Positions 9,187 to 18,237 of a stretch of 49,373 nucleotides of DNA are shown in pieces (the first letter of the stretch is position 1; each line of letters begins with the position of its first letter). This DNA comes from Armatimonadota bacterium (GTDB taxonomy: Bacteria > Armatimonadota > Chthonomonadetes > Chthonomonadales > JAMCWF01): NCBI GenBank assembly GCA_023481295.1, contig JAMCWF010000014.1:1-49373 (forward strand), in the 5' to 3' direction. The notes beneath the pieces are model-generated. The model was not told the origin of the DNA and ran no database searches. It saw only the letters and a program-made list of their open reading frames with translations. A program made the position numbers and the translations under genes.

Positions 9187-10113
9187 ATGCCGACTATCCG
9201 TTTAGCCTTGCATGCAATGGCAACCCGGTTTGAGCTGATGATCGAAGGGGACAATTCGCCTCGATTGAGGGCGGTCGGCGAAGAAGCGCTATCGGAAATT
9301 GCTCGGTTGGACGCTCAATTGAGCATCTATCGGGCCGATTCGGAGGTCAGTGACCTGAACGCGCGGGCCCAGCAGGAGCCGGTGAAACTGGACCCGCGAA
9401 CCTTTAATCTATTAAAAAGGGCAACCGAGCTCTCTCGATTGACCGGCGGCGCCTTCGAAATCACTGTATTGCCGCTGCTTCGGTGCTGGGGATTGGCGGG
9501 CGGCTGCGGAACGGTGCCGCCACCGGAGGAAATCATGCGCTGTCTCCGTTTGGTTGGTGTCGAACAGCTCCGGTTTAACGATCGGGCTTGCACGGTGCAG
9601 TTTCGGCAGGCCGGCGTGCAGGTGGATTTGGGGGCGATCGGGAAGGGATATGCGGTTGATCGGGCGTGTTCGCTGATGCGGGAAAACGGCATCCGATCGA
9701 TGCTGCTTAACGGCGGTCTCAGCAGCGTGGCGGCAATGGGTTCATCCAGCGCTCATGGGGGCTGGCGGGTCGGAATTCAACATCCGACCCTTTCTGATAA
9801 GCTGCTGACCTCCATCACCTTGATGAATGAAACCCTCTCCGTATCGGCGGTGCACGGCAAAAGCTTTTACTCCACTGGACGACGGTTCGGCCACATCATT
9901 GATCCCCGAACCGGCCGCCCGGTTGAAAACCGAGTGTTGGCGGCCGTCATTTCACCTTCCGCCACCGACGGAGACGCCCTCTCGACCGCGCTACTTACAT
10001 TAGGCGCTCCTGGGTTAGATCATCTTAAAGATCATTTTCCTTCGTTGCGGGCATTGGTAGTGGTTGAAAATGAGGGTAAATTACAAACCGAAACGCTGGG
10101 CATCGAGCTGTAA
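9187..10113 (+). CDS. apbE: FAD:protein FMN transferase (ApbE family), no signal peptide visible
   Basis: 308 aa. GAIGKGYAVD motif and C-terminal DGDALSTAL metal-site motif typical of ApbE. Confidence 0.8.
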   Translation: MPTIRLALHAMATRFELMIEGDNSPRLRAVGEEALSEIARLDAQLSIYRADSEVSDLNARAQQEPVKLDPRTFNLLKRATELSRLTGGAFEITVLPLLRCWGLAGGCGTVPPPEEIMRCLRLVGVEQLRFNDRACTVQFRQAGVQVDLGAIGKGYAVDRACSLMRENGIRSMLLNGGLSSVAAMGSSSAHGGWRVGIQHPTLSDKLLTSITLMNETLSVSAVHGKSFYSTGRRFGHIIDPRTGRPVENRVLAAVISPSATDGDALSTALLTLGAPGLDHLKDHFPSLRALVVVENEGKLQTETLGIEL

Positions 10114-10344
10114 CTCTCGCCGAATTTTTATATACTTGAAATTACAAGTAGATTATTATACGCCTTAATATAGCAATTTTGTAACTATTCACCGCTCCGG
10201 TAAAAGGCGGCAAACATTTAATGTGCTGGGTAATGAGTCATCGTTCGGGAATCGGTGGTGTCCGGATCATCTCATTTGTTACGGTCATCTCACCGGGTAT
10301 GCGTAATTATTTATGACACAATGGATAGTTAAAGGAGTTAATGA

Positions 10345-11262
10345 TTGACGCACACTCATACGAATGTTGAAGCGCTCGCGAAACCGAGCGACTTTGATCA
10401 ATTCTGGCAATCCACCTTGAAGGAGACGCGACGATACCCTCTCAACATAGTGCGAGACGGACGGCGAACCTTCAACTATCATGACTTCCGGGTCGAGACG
10501 CTTTCATATACCGGCTTTGGCGGAGGAAGGATATTCGGCTGGCTGGCCGTTCCGCCGGAGGCAAAAAGCGGGAGGTGCGGAGCCATCCTCTGGCTGCCTG
10601 GATACGGGCTGGCGACCCCGGCCGTTGATGCGGTCTCCACCGTCCCCGGTTATGTCACGCTGGCAATCAATGTTCACGGATTTACTCCGGACTATGTCCC
10701 TCCCGATTTCGTTCCTGAGTTTGACGGCTATATGGTTCGCGGCATAGAAGCACCGGAAACCTATAGCTTTCGAGCAATTATTGCAAACTGCGTTCGCGCC
10801 CTGGATGTTTTGAGAGGGGTGCCGGAGGCGGACCCGGACCGCCTGTCGGTATTGGGAATCAGTCAAGGTGGTGGATTGACCTTTATCACCGCCGGTTTAG
10901 ACCATCGAATTCGTTGTGCGGCTTCCGATGTCGCCTACCTTTGCGATCTACCCAACGCCCTGCAAATCTCCGACGTTTATCCCTTTCAGGAGGTCAACGA
11001 TTATCTACGCGGTCGGCCCGAGATGCATGACACCGTGATGCGCACTTACGCCTACTTTGATCCGATCAATCACGCTCCGAACATCCGCTGCCCGATTTTA
11101 GTGAGCGCCGGCACCAAAGACAACGTGTGCCCACTGCCCACCATTCAGGCGGTATTCGATCGCATTCCCGCCACCAAAGAATGGGTTTCGTACGATATCG
11201 GCCATGAGGTCATTGCCGAGATGAACGAATCGTATCGCCGCTGGCTGGGAATGCACGCATAG
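10345..11262 (+). CDS. CE7-family acetyl xylan esterase / cephalosporin-C deacetylase-like serine hydrolase
   Basis: 305 aa. TTG start 7 nt after AAAGGAG. GISQGGG nucleophile elbow (CE7 GxSQGG). C-terminal GHE motif. Confidence 0.75.
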   Translation: MTHTHTNVEALAKPSDFDQFWQSTLKETRRYPLNIVRDGRRTFNYHDFRVETLSYTGFGGGRIFGWLAVPPEAKSGRCGAILWLPGYGLATPAVDAVSTVPGYVTLAINVHGFTPDYVPPDFVPEFDGYMVRGIEAPETYSFRAIIANCVRALDVLRGVPEADPDRLSVLGISQGGGLTFITAGLDHRIRCAASDVAYLCDLPNALQISDVYPFQEVNDYLRGRPEMHDTVMRTYAYFDPINHAPNIRCPILVSAGTKDNVCPLPTIQAVFDRIPATKEWVSYDIGHEVIAEMNESYRRWLGMHA

Positions 11263-11274
11263 GAGCGAGCGCCG

Positions 11275-11544
11275 ATGCGGTGGTTTGTTGGCGGGATGGC
11301 GGCGCTGTTTCTCGTGATCGGGGGATGGCAGTTGATCGGCGCGCTCTTCCCCCGCGAAGCGACCCCTATGCGGTGGATTCATGCTGGTTTGGGGCTGGCC
11401 GCAACGCTCATCTCAACGGCGTGCATACTGTGGATCATCGACATCATCACACCCTCCATTGAGTGCGCGGCGGCAGCCCTGATCGTCCTCATTCCTTCGC
11501 TGATCGGCTTGTATCGCCTCTCCGAGCAAAATACGGTGATGTAA
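11275..11544 (+). CDS. Small hypothetical membrane protein (about 3 hydrophobic helices)
   Basis: 89-aa ORF. AGGAG lies 8 nt upstream of the ATG. Strongly hydrophobic segments. No recognisable family. Confidence 0.5.
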   Translation: MRWFVGGMAALFLVIGGWQLIGALFPREATPMRWIHAGLGLAATLISTACILWIIDIITPSIECAAAALIVLIPSLIGLYRLSEQNTVM

Positions 11545-11557
11545 CCAGTCAACCCCC

Positions 11558-14500
11558 CTATTTTATCATCTTTAACAATACCTTCACCGCCGCTTCGAGC
11601 TGCACATCCTTATGCGCCTGAATATCTTGCGGTGTTTCGGGTACGTCCACGTTCGGCACAACGCCGTGATTTTCCATATCCCGCCCGCTCAAGGTGTACC
11701 AGCCCCACATCGGGATCCGGTAAGCGGTGCCGTCAACAAGATGCGTGTCGTAGGTTCCGATGACGTAACCGGGAGTGGGGACGCCAACCACCGGTCCAAT
11801 CTTCAGCGTTTTAAAGGCATTGGCGAATATCTCGGTATCGCTTGCCGAATCTTGGTTCACTAGTAACACCACCGGTCGGTTCCAATGCTGGAAAGGCTGG
11901 GTGGATCGATATGCATCGCGCGGTTGGGTATAGCCGTAAACATCCCGCGACAATATGTTGACAATCTTATCATGGGTAAAACCCCCGCCGTTGAAGCGCA
12001 TGTCAAGTACCAGGCCCTGCTTGCTTTGTGCATCACCGAACAGTTGGCGCTCAAACTTCCGCAAGGAGCTGTCGTCCATTGCCTTCACATTGATGTAAGC
12101 CAAGCGGCCATCTGACAACTTTTCCACATCTTTGCGCTCGTTTTTCACGTATTGGTCCCGCCATAGGTTCTCCCAAGCCATTTGCGTAATCGGTTTTAAC
12201 TTCACGTCATGGGCGCCGGTTTTGGTGGGCTTGCTGTTGACCAGGAGTGTGATATCTTTGCCGGCCTTATTCTGCAGCGTCTTGTAGTAGCTTTCGGTAT
12301 ATGAGACATCGGTGCCGTCAATGCTCAAGATGTATTCGTCCGGCTTCACCCGATGCCCGTTTTCGTCGGCCGGACTTTTTGGCATCACCGAAACGACTTT
12401 TAAACCGGGCCCGGGATAGTTCTCATCGAAGGTCATTGCCAGCGTGGCGGTCTGCGGGCCGGGCGGTCCGCCGGATGCCGAGCCGATTTCACTGTGCGAT
12501 GTATTCAGTTCGCCGATCATCTCGCTTAACAGGTTAGCAAAATCCTCCGGCGTTGCAATGGAAGAGAGGCGCGGCTCGTACTTCGTTTTGATCGCCGCCC
12601 AGTTCACGCCGTGCATTTTGGGGTCATAAAAGCCCACATCAATCATCCGCCAGAACTGATTGAAAGCTTCATGCAGCTCCGCTCGTCGGTTAAGCTCCAT
12701 GTTGGCGACGAAGGGCAAGAAGGAGGGGCCGCCTCCTCCTTTCGGCATCCACCGAACGGTTCCACCGGCTGCCAGATAGTAAAATTTAGACCCATCCGGC
12801 GCAAAGACGATGGTGGCTGATCCCTGATTACCAGTGCTGATGCGGGTCGGTGCACCGCCCGGCGCAGTGGGGACCGACCAGAAATCGAAGTCACCTCCAT
12901 ACTTGGTAGAGTAAATCAGCGTCGCTCCATCGGGTGAAAGGGCGTAACCGGCCACTCCGTTGGTGGTGTAGGTGACTTGTCGAGCTCGATCCTGAATTTC
13001 ATTGAAATCAATTTTCACCACCACCGGTTTCTTGGCGACCGGCCCGCCCGGCTTCGCGGTGGTGGAGGGCTTAGGCTCATGTTTCAACAAGGGGAGCACG
13101 TAGAGATCGTCGTAAGAGGGCTGATGCTGGCTGTGGCGATCCGATTGAAATACCAGAAATTTCCCATCCTGGCTCCAGGTTGGATTGACATTTTCACCCG
13201 GGTAACGGGTGACATTGACCGAGGTGCCGCCCACGCTGGGTACGATCCAGATATCGGTGTTATTCAGCGGATCGCGGCGCGAATAGGCGATCCATTGGCT
13301 GTCGGGCGACCAGTTGAAGCTATTGATACCAACCCCGAATAGATTGTTTCCGGCCGAATCGGCCAGCTTGATTGCCTCCCCCCCGGTTGCCGGCGCCACG
13401 TACAAGCCACCCTGCGAGCCGCTGCGCAAGAAGGCGATCTTCTTGCCGCCGGGCGACCATGTCGGCCCGGTATCCTCAGTCAAATCGTTGGTGATCCGGG
13501 TCGTTGCCTTTGTCTTCACATCCTTAACGTAGATATTGTCCGTACCGCTGCGGTCGGAGACGAAGGCGATTTTCGTGCTATCCGGCGACCAGTCAATTTG
13601 ATCGTTATTGAAGGAGTTTTTCGTCAAGCGCGTTGCTTCGCCGCCCTTATCGGCCGGGATCGTCCAGATGTTGCCGCGAATGACCATCGCGATCGTTTTA
13701 CCATCGGGAGAGACCGCCAATTCGTTGGCATTTCCCGTTAAAGTGATTCGTTGGTGATTATTTACTTTTTCATCGGATGGGGCGTAGATGGTTACCGGAT
13801 GGGGTTTGCCGCCGTTTGGATTGATCACCGAGATACCGCCGCCGTATTCATAAGCGATCAGCGAGCCGTTCACCGCGATATCGGGATAGCGGACCGTGCC
13901 GGTTTTATAATGAGTGACGGCTACCGCTTTACCGCCATCCACCGGTTTCCGAAATAGGTTTGGTGTGTCGCAATCCCGGTTGCTGGTGAAATAGAGGTAT
14001 TTCCCATCCGGTGAGTAGAGCGGCCACATATTCATGCCATCGTAGTGGGTGATGCGGCTTATCTGGTCGGTAACCAGGTTTTTGGTGTAGATATCAGCAT
14101 GCATCGAGCCGATATACCGGGGTCGCCACCAAGGCACCGCCATCCCGCTGCGCATGTAGGCGATACTTTTGCCATCCGGTGAGTAGACCCCATAGCGGCA
14201 AGGTTCCAGATCGTGGGTGAGGGTTCGGAGGTGGCCGGTCGCCACGTTGATGGAGTACTGTTCCAGGGTCGGCTCATCTCGAATTGAGGTAAAGATCAGC
14301 TTCGACCCATCGGGAGACCAGCCGCCGATAAAATCGGGCGCGCTGTTGAAAGTTATTTGACGGGGTTTTCCACCGGTTGCCGGAATGATAAAGATGTCGT
14401 AATTTCCGGTTCTCACGCTCGAGAAGGCAATCCAATGTCCATCCGGAGACCATCGGGGATAGCCGTCTTGAGCGATATTTACGGTTAAGCGCGTCGCCAC

Positions 14501-14698
14501 CCCGCCGGCCACCGGGACCGTCCAGAGATCGCCCAGATAGCTAAAGCAGAGGGTTTTACCATCCGGTGAAAGGGCGGGGTATTCGATGCCGATGATCGGC
14601 TTATTGACTGGAAGGGGTAATAGTTTTCCCTGCGCCGTTGCGGCTGCAGGAAAAGATAAAAAGATAACAAGAGCGATAAGATGACGGCGTGATGGCAC
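11558..14698 (-). CDS. Tricorn-protease-like: TolB-type beta-propeller repeats + PDZ + S41 peptidase domain, secreted
   Basis: ORF is open to 14800, but the GTG at 14698 is preceded by AAAGGAGG (7-nt spacer) and starts a signal peptide (PSRRHLIALVIFLSFPAAATAQG). Repeated SPDGK/WSPDG propeller motifs. C-terminal S41-like region. Confidence 0.8.
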   Translation of the reverse strand: MPSRRHLIALVIFLSFPAAATAQGKLLPLPVNKPIIGIEYPALSPDGKTLCFSYLGDLWTVPVAGGVATRLTVNIAQDGYPRWSPDGHWIAFSSVRTGNYDIFIIPATGGKPRQITFNSAPDFIGGWSPDGSKLIFTSIRDEPTLEQYSINVATGHLRTLTHDLEPCRYGVYSPDGKSIAYMRSGMAVPWWRPRYIGSMHADIYTKNLVTDQISRITHYDGMNMWPLYSPDGKYLYFTSNRDCDTPNLFRKPVDGGKAVAVTHYKTGTVRYPDIAVNGSLIAYEYGGGISVINPNGGKPHPVTIYAPSDEKVNNHQRITLTGNANELAVSPDGKTIAMVIRGNIWTIPADKGGEATRLTKNSFNNDQIDWSPDSTKIAFVSDRSGTDNIYVKDVKTKATTRITNDLTEDTGPTWSPGGKKIAFLRSGSQGGLYVAPATGGEAIKLADSAGNNLFGVGINSFNWSPDSQWIAYSRRDPLNNTDIWIVPSVGGTSVNVTRYPGENVNPTWSQDGKFLVFQSDRHSQHQPSYDDLYVLPLLKHEPKPSTTAKPGGPVAKKPVVVKIDFNEIQDRARQVTYTTNGVAGYALSPDGATLIYSTKYGGDFDFWSVPTAPGGAPTRISTGNQGSATIVFAPDGSKFYYLAAGGTVRWMPKGGGGPSFLPFVANMELNRRAELHEAFNQFWRMIDVGFYDPKMHGVNWAAIKTKYEPRLSSIATPEDFANLLSEMIGELNTSHSEIGSASGGPPGPQTATLAMTFDENYPGPGLKVVSVMPKSPADENGHRVKPDEYILSIDGTDVSYTESYYKTLQNKAGKDITLLVNSKPTKTGAHDVKLKPITQMAWENLWRDQYVKNERKDVEKLSDGRLAYINVKAMDDSSLRKFERQLFGDAQSKQGLVLDMRFNGGGFTHDKIVNILSRDVYGYTQPRDAYRSTQPFQHWNRPVVLLVNQDSASDTEIFANAFKTLKIGPVVGVPTPGYVIGTYDTHLVDGTAYRIPMWGWYTLSGRDMENHGVVPNVDVPETPQDIQAHKDVQLEAAVKVLLKMIK

Positions 14699-14813
14699 TC
14701 CCGGTCCTCCTTTTACTGTATCAGTATAAAGTTGTGAAGCCGAACGGATTGCTAGTTGGGAAGCATCTATCTGTGAAGAAACGGGCGAAACTCTCCTCAC
14801 GGCAGCTTAGGAG

Positions 14814-14892
14814 GATGTTGAAAAAACCATAACACCCACAGTCTCGTCATTCCGGGGCCGCAATGCGGTGGAATCCGGCGAGTTTTTCAACA
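14814..14892. mobile_element. MITE family B, short copy
   Basis: Bounded by the inverted termini GATGTTGAAAAA ... TTTTTCAAC. Core GTCATTCCGGGGCCGCAATGCGG is shared with the copy at 44401-44635. Confidence 0.7.
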
Positions 14893-15009
14893 GCCTCTTC
14901 GGTGAAGACGTCGCTATTCGGTGCTGCAACCGCCCTCTTTTATCGTTTATACACGTAATCTTCGACAGCACTATAATACCGCATCCAGCATTGATACCTT
15001 GCTGCTGTA

Positions 15010-15211
15010 ACAGTTCAGTTTTACGGGAATTTTTGGAGCGCGAAGGATTTCACCACCGTCCTGATTTTCCCCATAAGAGGTGTTAAAAAGATAGGGTCAA
15101 GCCTTGAAGGACATCCGACGACCCCCATCCTCACCTTTCCCCTAGGAGGGGGAAAGGTGAGGATGGGGGTGGGTTGTGCAATCGAGTATGATTCCCGCCT
15201 AACTGAACTCT
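15010..15211. mobile_element. MITE family A, long variant
   Basis: Termini ACAGTTCAGTTTTACGGGAAT ... ATTCCCGCCTAACTGAACTCT. Flanked by TA on both sides. Internal near-perfect 21-bp-stem palindrome at 15122-15169. Left about 120 nt nearly identical to the copy at 29193. Confidence 0.85.
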
Positions 15212-15316
15212 TACTTGCTGCTGGTTGGGATTAAAGCCAAGTTGATTTAACCCAGTTGATTTATCCGTTATAATATCCCAACTGAATTTTACCAAACTAG
15301 CGTTTTGATTGGAGCG

Positions 15317-17887
15317 ATGATGCAACATTCGTTGAATGGCAGTAATTGGCAAATCCTCGGTTTGATCCCGACCGAATGGGTTTGGCGGCGTGTTGGGGAT
15401 GCGGCAACCGATCTGGATAATTTGCGGCCGACCGCGTCGCCTTGGTATCCGGCGACCGTTCCCGGCGATGTACAATCCGATTTAATAAATGCGGGCGTCC
15501 TGCCCGATCCGTGGTATGAAGAGAATAGCCGTGCCTGCGAGTGGACCAGCCAGCGAGATTGGGTGTACCGGCTTGAATTTATGCCCAAGAGCGATTGGGC
15601 TGGCCGTCACATCCGCCTACACTTTGAAGGGGTAGACCCAAGCGCCCACATCTTCTTGAACGGTCATCATGTGGGCGATCGTTCTGGTATGTACGTTCCA
15701 TTCGAGTTTGATGTATCCGACCTCCTGCGGTACGGTGAGCCCAATCGCATGGTCGTGGTGGTGGATCACGCCCCTTCCGAACCGGAGATCCAGGGACAGA
15801 TCGGTTGGACGAGCCAGATTCGGTTGTGGAAAGCGCGCTTCGCCTACGATTGGGACTGGTGCACCCGCCTGGTTCCGGTCGGCATTTGGGATGACGTTTC
15901 CCTCATCATCAACGATCATGCCTGGATCGGTGATGTCTGGGTTCGACCGACGCTGGATGAAGCGCTGAATGTCGCTACCGTCCACATCACAACTCTCCTT
16001 GGCTGCATCAGCTCGATGCCGGTTCACCTTGAGGTGGAGATTTTACGGGATGGAAATCGGGTGGCGGCTTCCTCCGCCAGTGGGACGACCGATAACGATT
16101 CGAAGCTCTCAACTGAAATCGTGCTTCACAATCCCGCACTATGGTATCCCAACGGTTACGGTCCTCAGAATCTATATGAGGCGAGGGTTATTCTTAAAGA
16201 TGATGGCGGAAAAGTTTTGGATGAGCGTGCCATCCGTTTTGGGGTTCGGCGGATTAAGCCACTTGCCAATGACAACGCACCGGTCGACTCGCTCCCCTAT
16301 GTCTTTGAGATCAATGGGCTTAAAATTTTCGTGAAGGGGTGGAACTGGGCGCCGGTTAATCAGCTCTATGGACGGCCTCATCGAGAGCAATATGAGCGAA
16401 ACCTAAAACTGGCGGCCGCCGCCAACTGCAACCTGCTTCGGGTCTGGGGCGGCGGATTGTTGGAGCGGGAATCGTTTTATAGGTTGTGCGATGAGCTGGG
16501 CATTATGGTATGGCAGGAGTTCATCCAATCCTCATCCGGAGTGGACAACGAGCCGGCAACCGATGAGAAGTACCTCAGTTACTGCCGAAAGACGGCGGAG
16601 GCCATAATACCGCGGCGCCGGAATCACCCGTCGTTGGTGATCTGGTGCGGGGGGAACGAGTTAACCCGCGCATCCGATGGTGTCCCGCTGGATAAGAGTC
16701 ATCCCAATATTAAAACGCTTGCCGAAGCGGTGGAGCGCCTCGATCCCGACCGCGTCTTTTTGCCGACTTCTCCCTCCGGGCCAGTGTTCGGCGCCAATCC
16801 TGACCATCTGGGCCGAATGTATGACGTGCATGGGAACTGGACCTACCTCGGCGATCCGGAGCACTACCATTTCTTTAACCGGATTGACCCTCTTTTTCAC
16901 AGCGAGTTTGGGACCGAGGGAGCGGCAAACCTGGATACCATAGACCGCGCGATTCGGCCCGAGTACCAATGGCCACCCGATCATAGCAATCCTCACTGGT
17001 GCTTTCATGCCAATTGGTGGGTGGATCGTCAGTCGGTCGAAAAGCTGTTCGGCCCGCTCACCAGTATGGAGGATTATGTGAAGGCCAGCCAATGGATACA
17101 GGCGGAAGGGTTGCGGTATGCCATCGAAGCAAGTCGAAGGCGAAAATGGCGCACCTCCGGCACGATCCCTTGGCAGTACAACGAACCTTGGCCGAATGTG
17201 GTCGGCACCTACTGTGTGGACTACTACGGTAAGCCCAAGCCGGCCTACTACGCGGTGCAAAACGCTTACGCGCCGCTCTTGATCAGCGCCCAATATGAAA
17301 AGCTGGCCTGGAATTCAGCCGAAGTGTGGCGAGCCGGCATCTGGCTCAACCATTCACTGAGCCAAACGCGGGAAGTCCGCTATCAGTGCAGCTTGTTACA
17401 ACTGGCGGATGGGAGAGAACTGGCGGCCGCTTCCGGTGAAGTCGTGGCAAAGCCGGCTTCCGCACTTCAACTGACTGAGATGCGGTATGAGGTTCCATCT
17501 GATTTTAGTGGAATTTTAGCATTGCGCTTAAAAGCGGAGGTCCAGGAAGGGACCGTGGCCGAAAACAGCTACCTTTACTCCGTCAAACCGGCCGGTTCAA
17601 CTCACCCTCCGTTTCAAACACTACTGGGGATGGAGCTAACTGATATCAGGGTCGAGCGGAGCGATGAAGCGTTGATCGCAGTGCAGAATGTCGGCTCAGC
17701 ACCGGCGCTCTATGTCTTGTTGCATCCGGTGGATGACTATTCAGCCCTCATTTTCAGCGATGGGTATTTCTGCCTGGCGAAAGGTGAAACCAAGCAGATT
17801 TGCTATACCGGTGCCGGCCGGTTTAAAGCACGGCTATGGAACGGGCGGAACGATCCGTCCAGTGAAGGAACGCAGCGTATTGGTTAG
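15317..17887 (+). CDS. Glycoside hydrolase family 2 (beta-mannosidase / exo-beta-glucosaminidase-like)
   Basis: About 856 aa. GH2 sugar-binding, Ig-like and TIM-barrel order. LLRVWGGG and MVWQEF catalytic-region motifs. ATG at 15317 chosen over the upstream TTG. Confidence 0.75.
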   Translation: MMQHSLNGSNWQILGLIPTEWVWRRVGDAATDLDNLRPTASPWYPATVPGDVQSDLINAGVLPDPWYEENSRACEWTSQRDWVYRLEFMPKSDWAGRHIRLHFEGVDPSAHIFLNGHHVGDRSGMYVPFEFDVSDLLRYGEPNRMVVVVDHAPSEPEIQGQIGWTSQIRLWKARFAYDWDWCTRLVPVGIWDDVSLIINDHAWIGDVWVRPTLDEALNVATVHITTLLGCISSMPVHLEVEILRDGNRVAASSASGTTDNDSKLSTEIVLHNPALWYPNGYGPQNLYEARVILKDDGGKVLDERAIRFGVRRIKPLANDNAPVDSLPYVFEINGLKIFVKGWNWAPVNQLYGRPHREQYERNLKLAAAANCNLLRVWGGGLLERESFYRLCDELGIMVWQEFIQSSSGVDNEPATDEKYLSYCRKTAEAIIPRRRNHPSLVIWCGGNELTRASDGVPLDKSHPNIKTLAEAVERLDPDRVFLPTSPSGPVFGANPDHLGRMYDVHGNWTYLGDPEHYHFFNRIDPLFHSEFGTEGAANLDTIDRAIRPEYQWPPDHSNPHWCFHANWWVDRQSVEKLFGPLTSMEDYVKASQWIQAEGLRYAIEASRRRKWRTSGTIPWQYNEPWPNVVGTYCVDYYGKPKPAYYAVQNAYAPLLISAQYEKLAWNSAEVWRAGIWLNHSLSQTREVRYQCSLLQLADGRELAAASGEVVAKPASALQLTEMRYEVPSDFSGILALRLKAEVQEGTVAENSYLYSVKPAGSTHPPFQTLLGMELTDIRVERSDEALIAVQNVGSAPALYVLLHPVDDYSALIFSDGYFCLAKGETKQICYTGAGRFKARLWNGRNDPSSEGTQRIG

Positions 17888-18237
17888 CTCATTGGCGGTT
17901 TAAATCGGAAGAGGCTGGCGAAGTGCTGGGCGGTGTACAGATCTCCGCTAATCGTGACTCGACCAGAGTAGTAGGCCGATTCGCCGTCCAGCACGCCGCT
18001 CGTTACAGCATGCCAGGTCTCCACATCGGTGGCGATGACCACGTCGGCGTCCGGCGCTTTACCGGACCGCACCTCGCATTTTCCTTGATCAATCCGGACG
18101 GTCCAGTCACCTCCGCCGGTGCCACGCAAGCTGATTTGGTAGGTTGCACGCAGATGCTGGGCAAGGTCAGCCCGAAAAATATTGGGCAGCGACTCCACCG
18201 GAATCCCAACCGGATCGTCATAGAATGATGAACTCAT
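17884..18237 (-). CDS. SCP2 (sterol/lipid carrier) domain protein
   Basis: 117 aa. Pattern WTVRIDQGKCEVRSGK..ADVVIATDVETWHAVTSG...ISGDL typical of SCP-2 sterol-transfer fold. ATGA overlap with the upstream gene. Confidence 0.65.
   Translation of the reverse strand: MSSSFYDDPVGIPVESLPNIFRADLAQHLRATYQISLRGTGGGDWTVRIDQGKCEVRSGKAPDADVVIATDVETWHAVTSGVLDGESAYYSGRVTISGDLYTAQHFASLFRFKPPMS

Noticed and set aside
14699-14800. N-terminal extensions offered by the ORF track (tricorn-like 14699-14800; rSAM 31948-32073; YtkA-like 29504-29584; oxidoreductase 7635-7721; MarR 42233-42328)
   Set aside because: Internal starts have much better SD and spacing. They give proper signal peptides or family-typical N-termini, or remove overlaps with the upstream gene.
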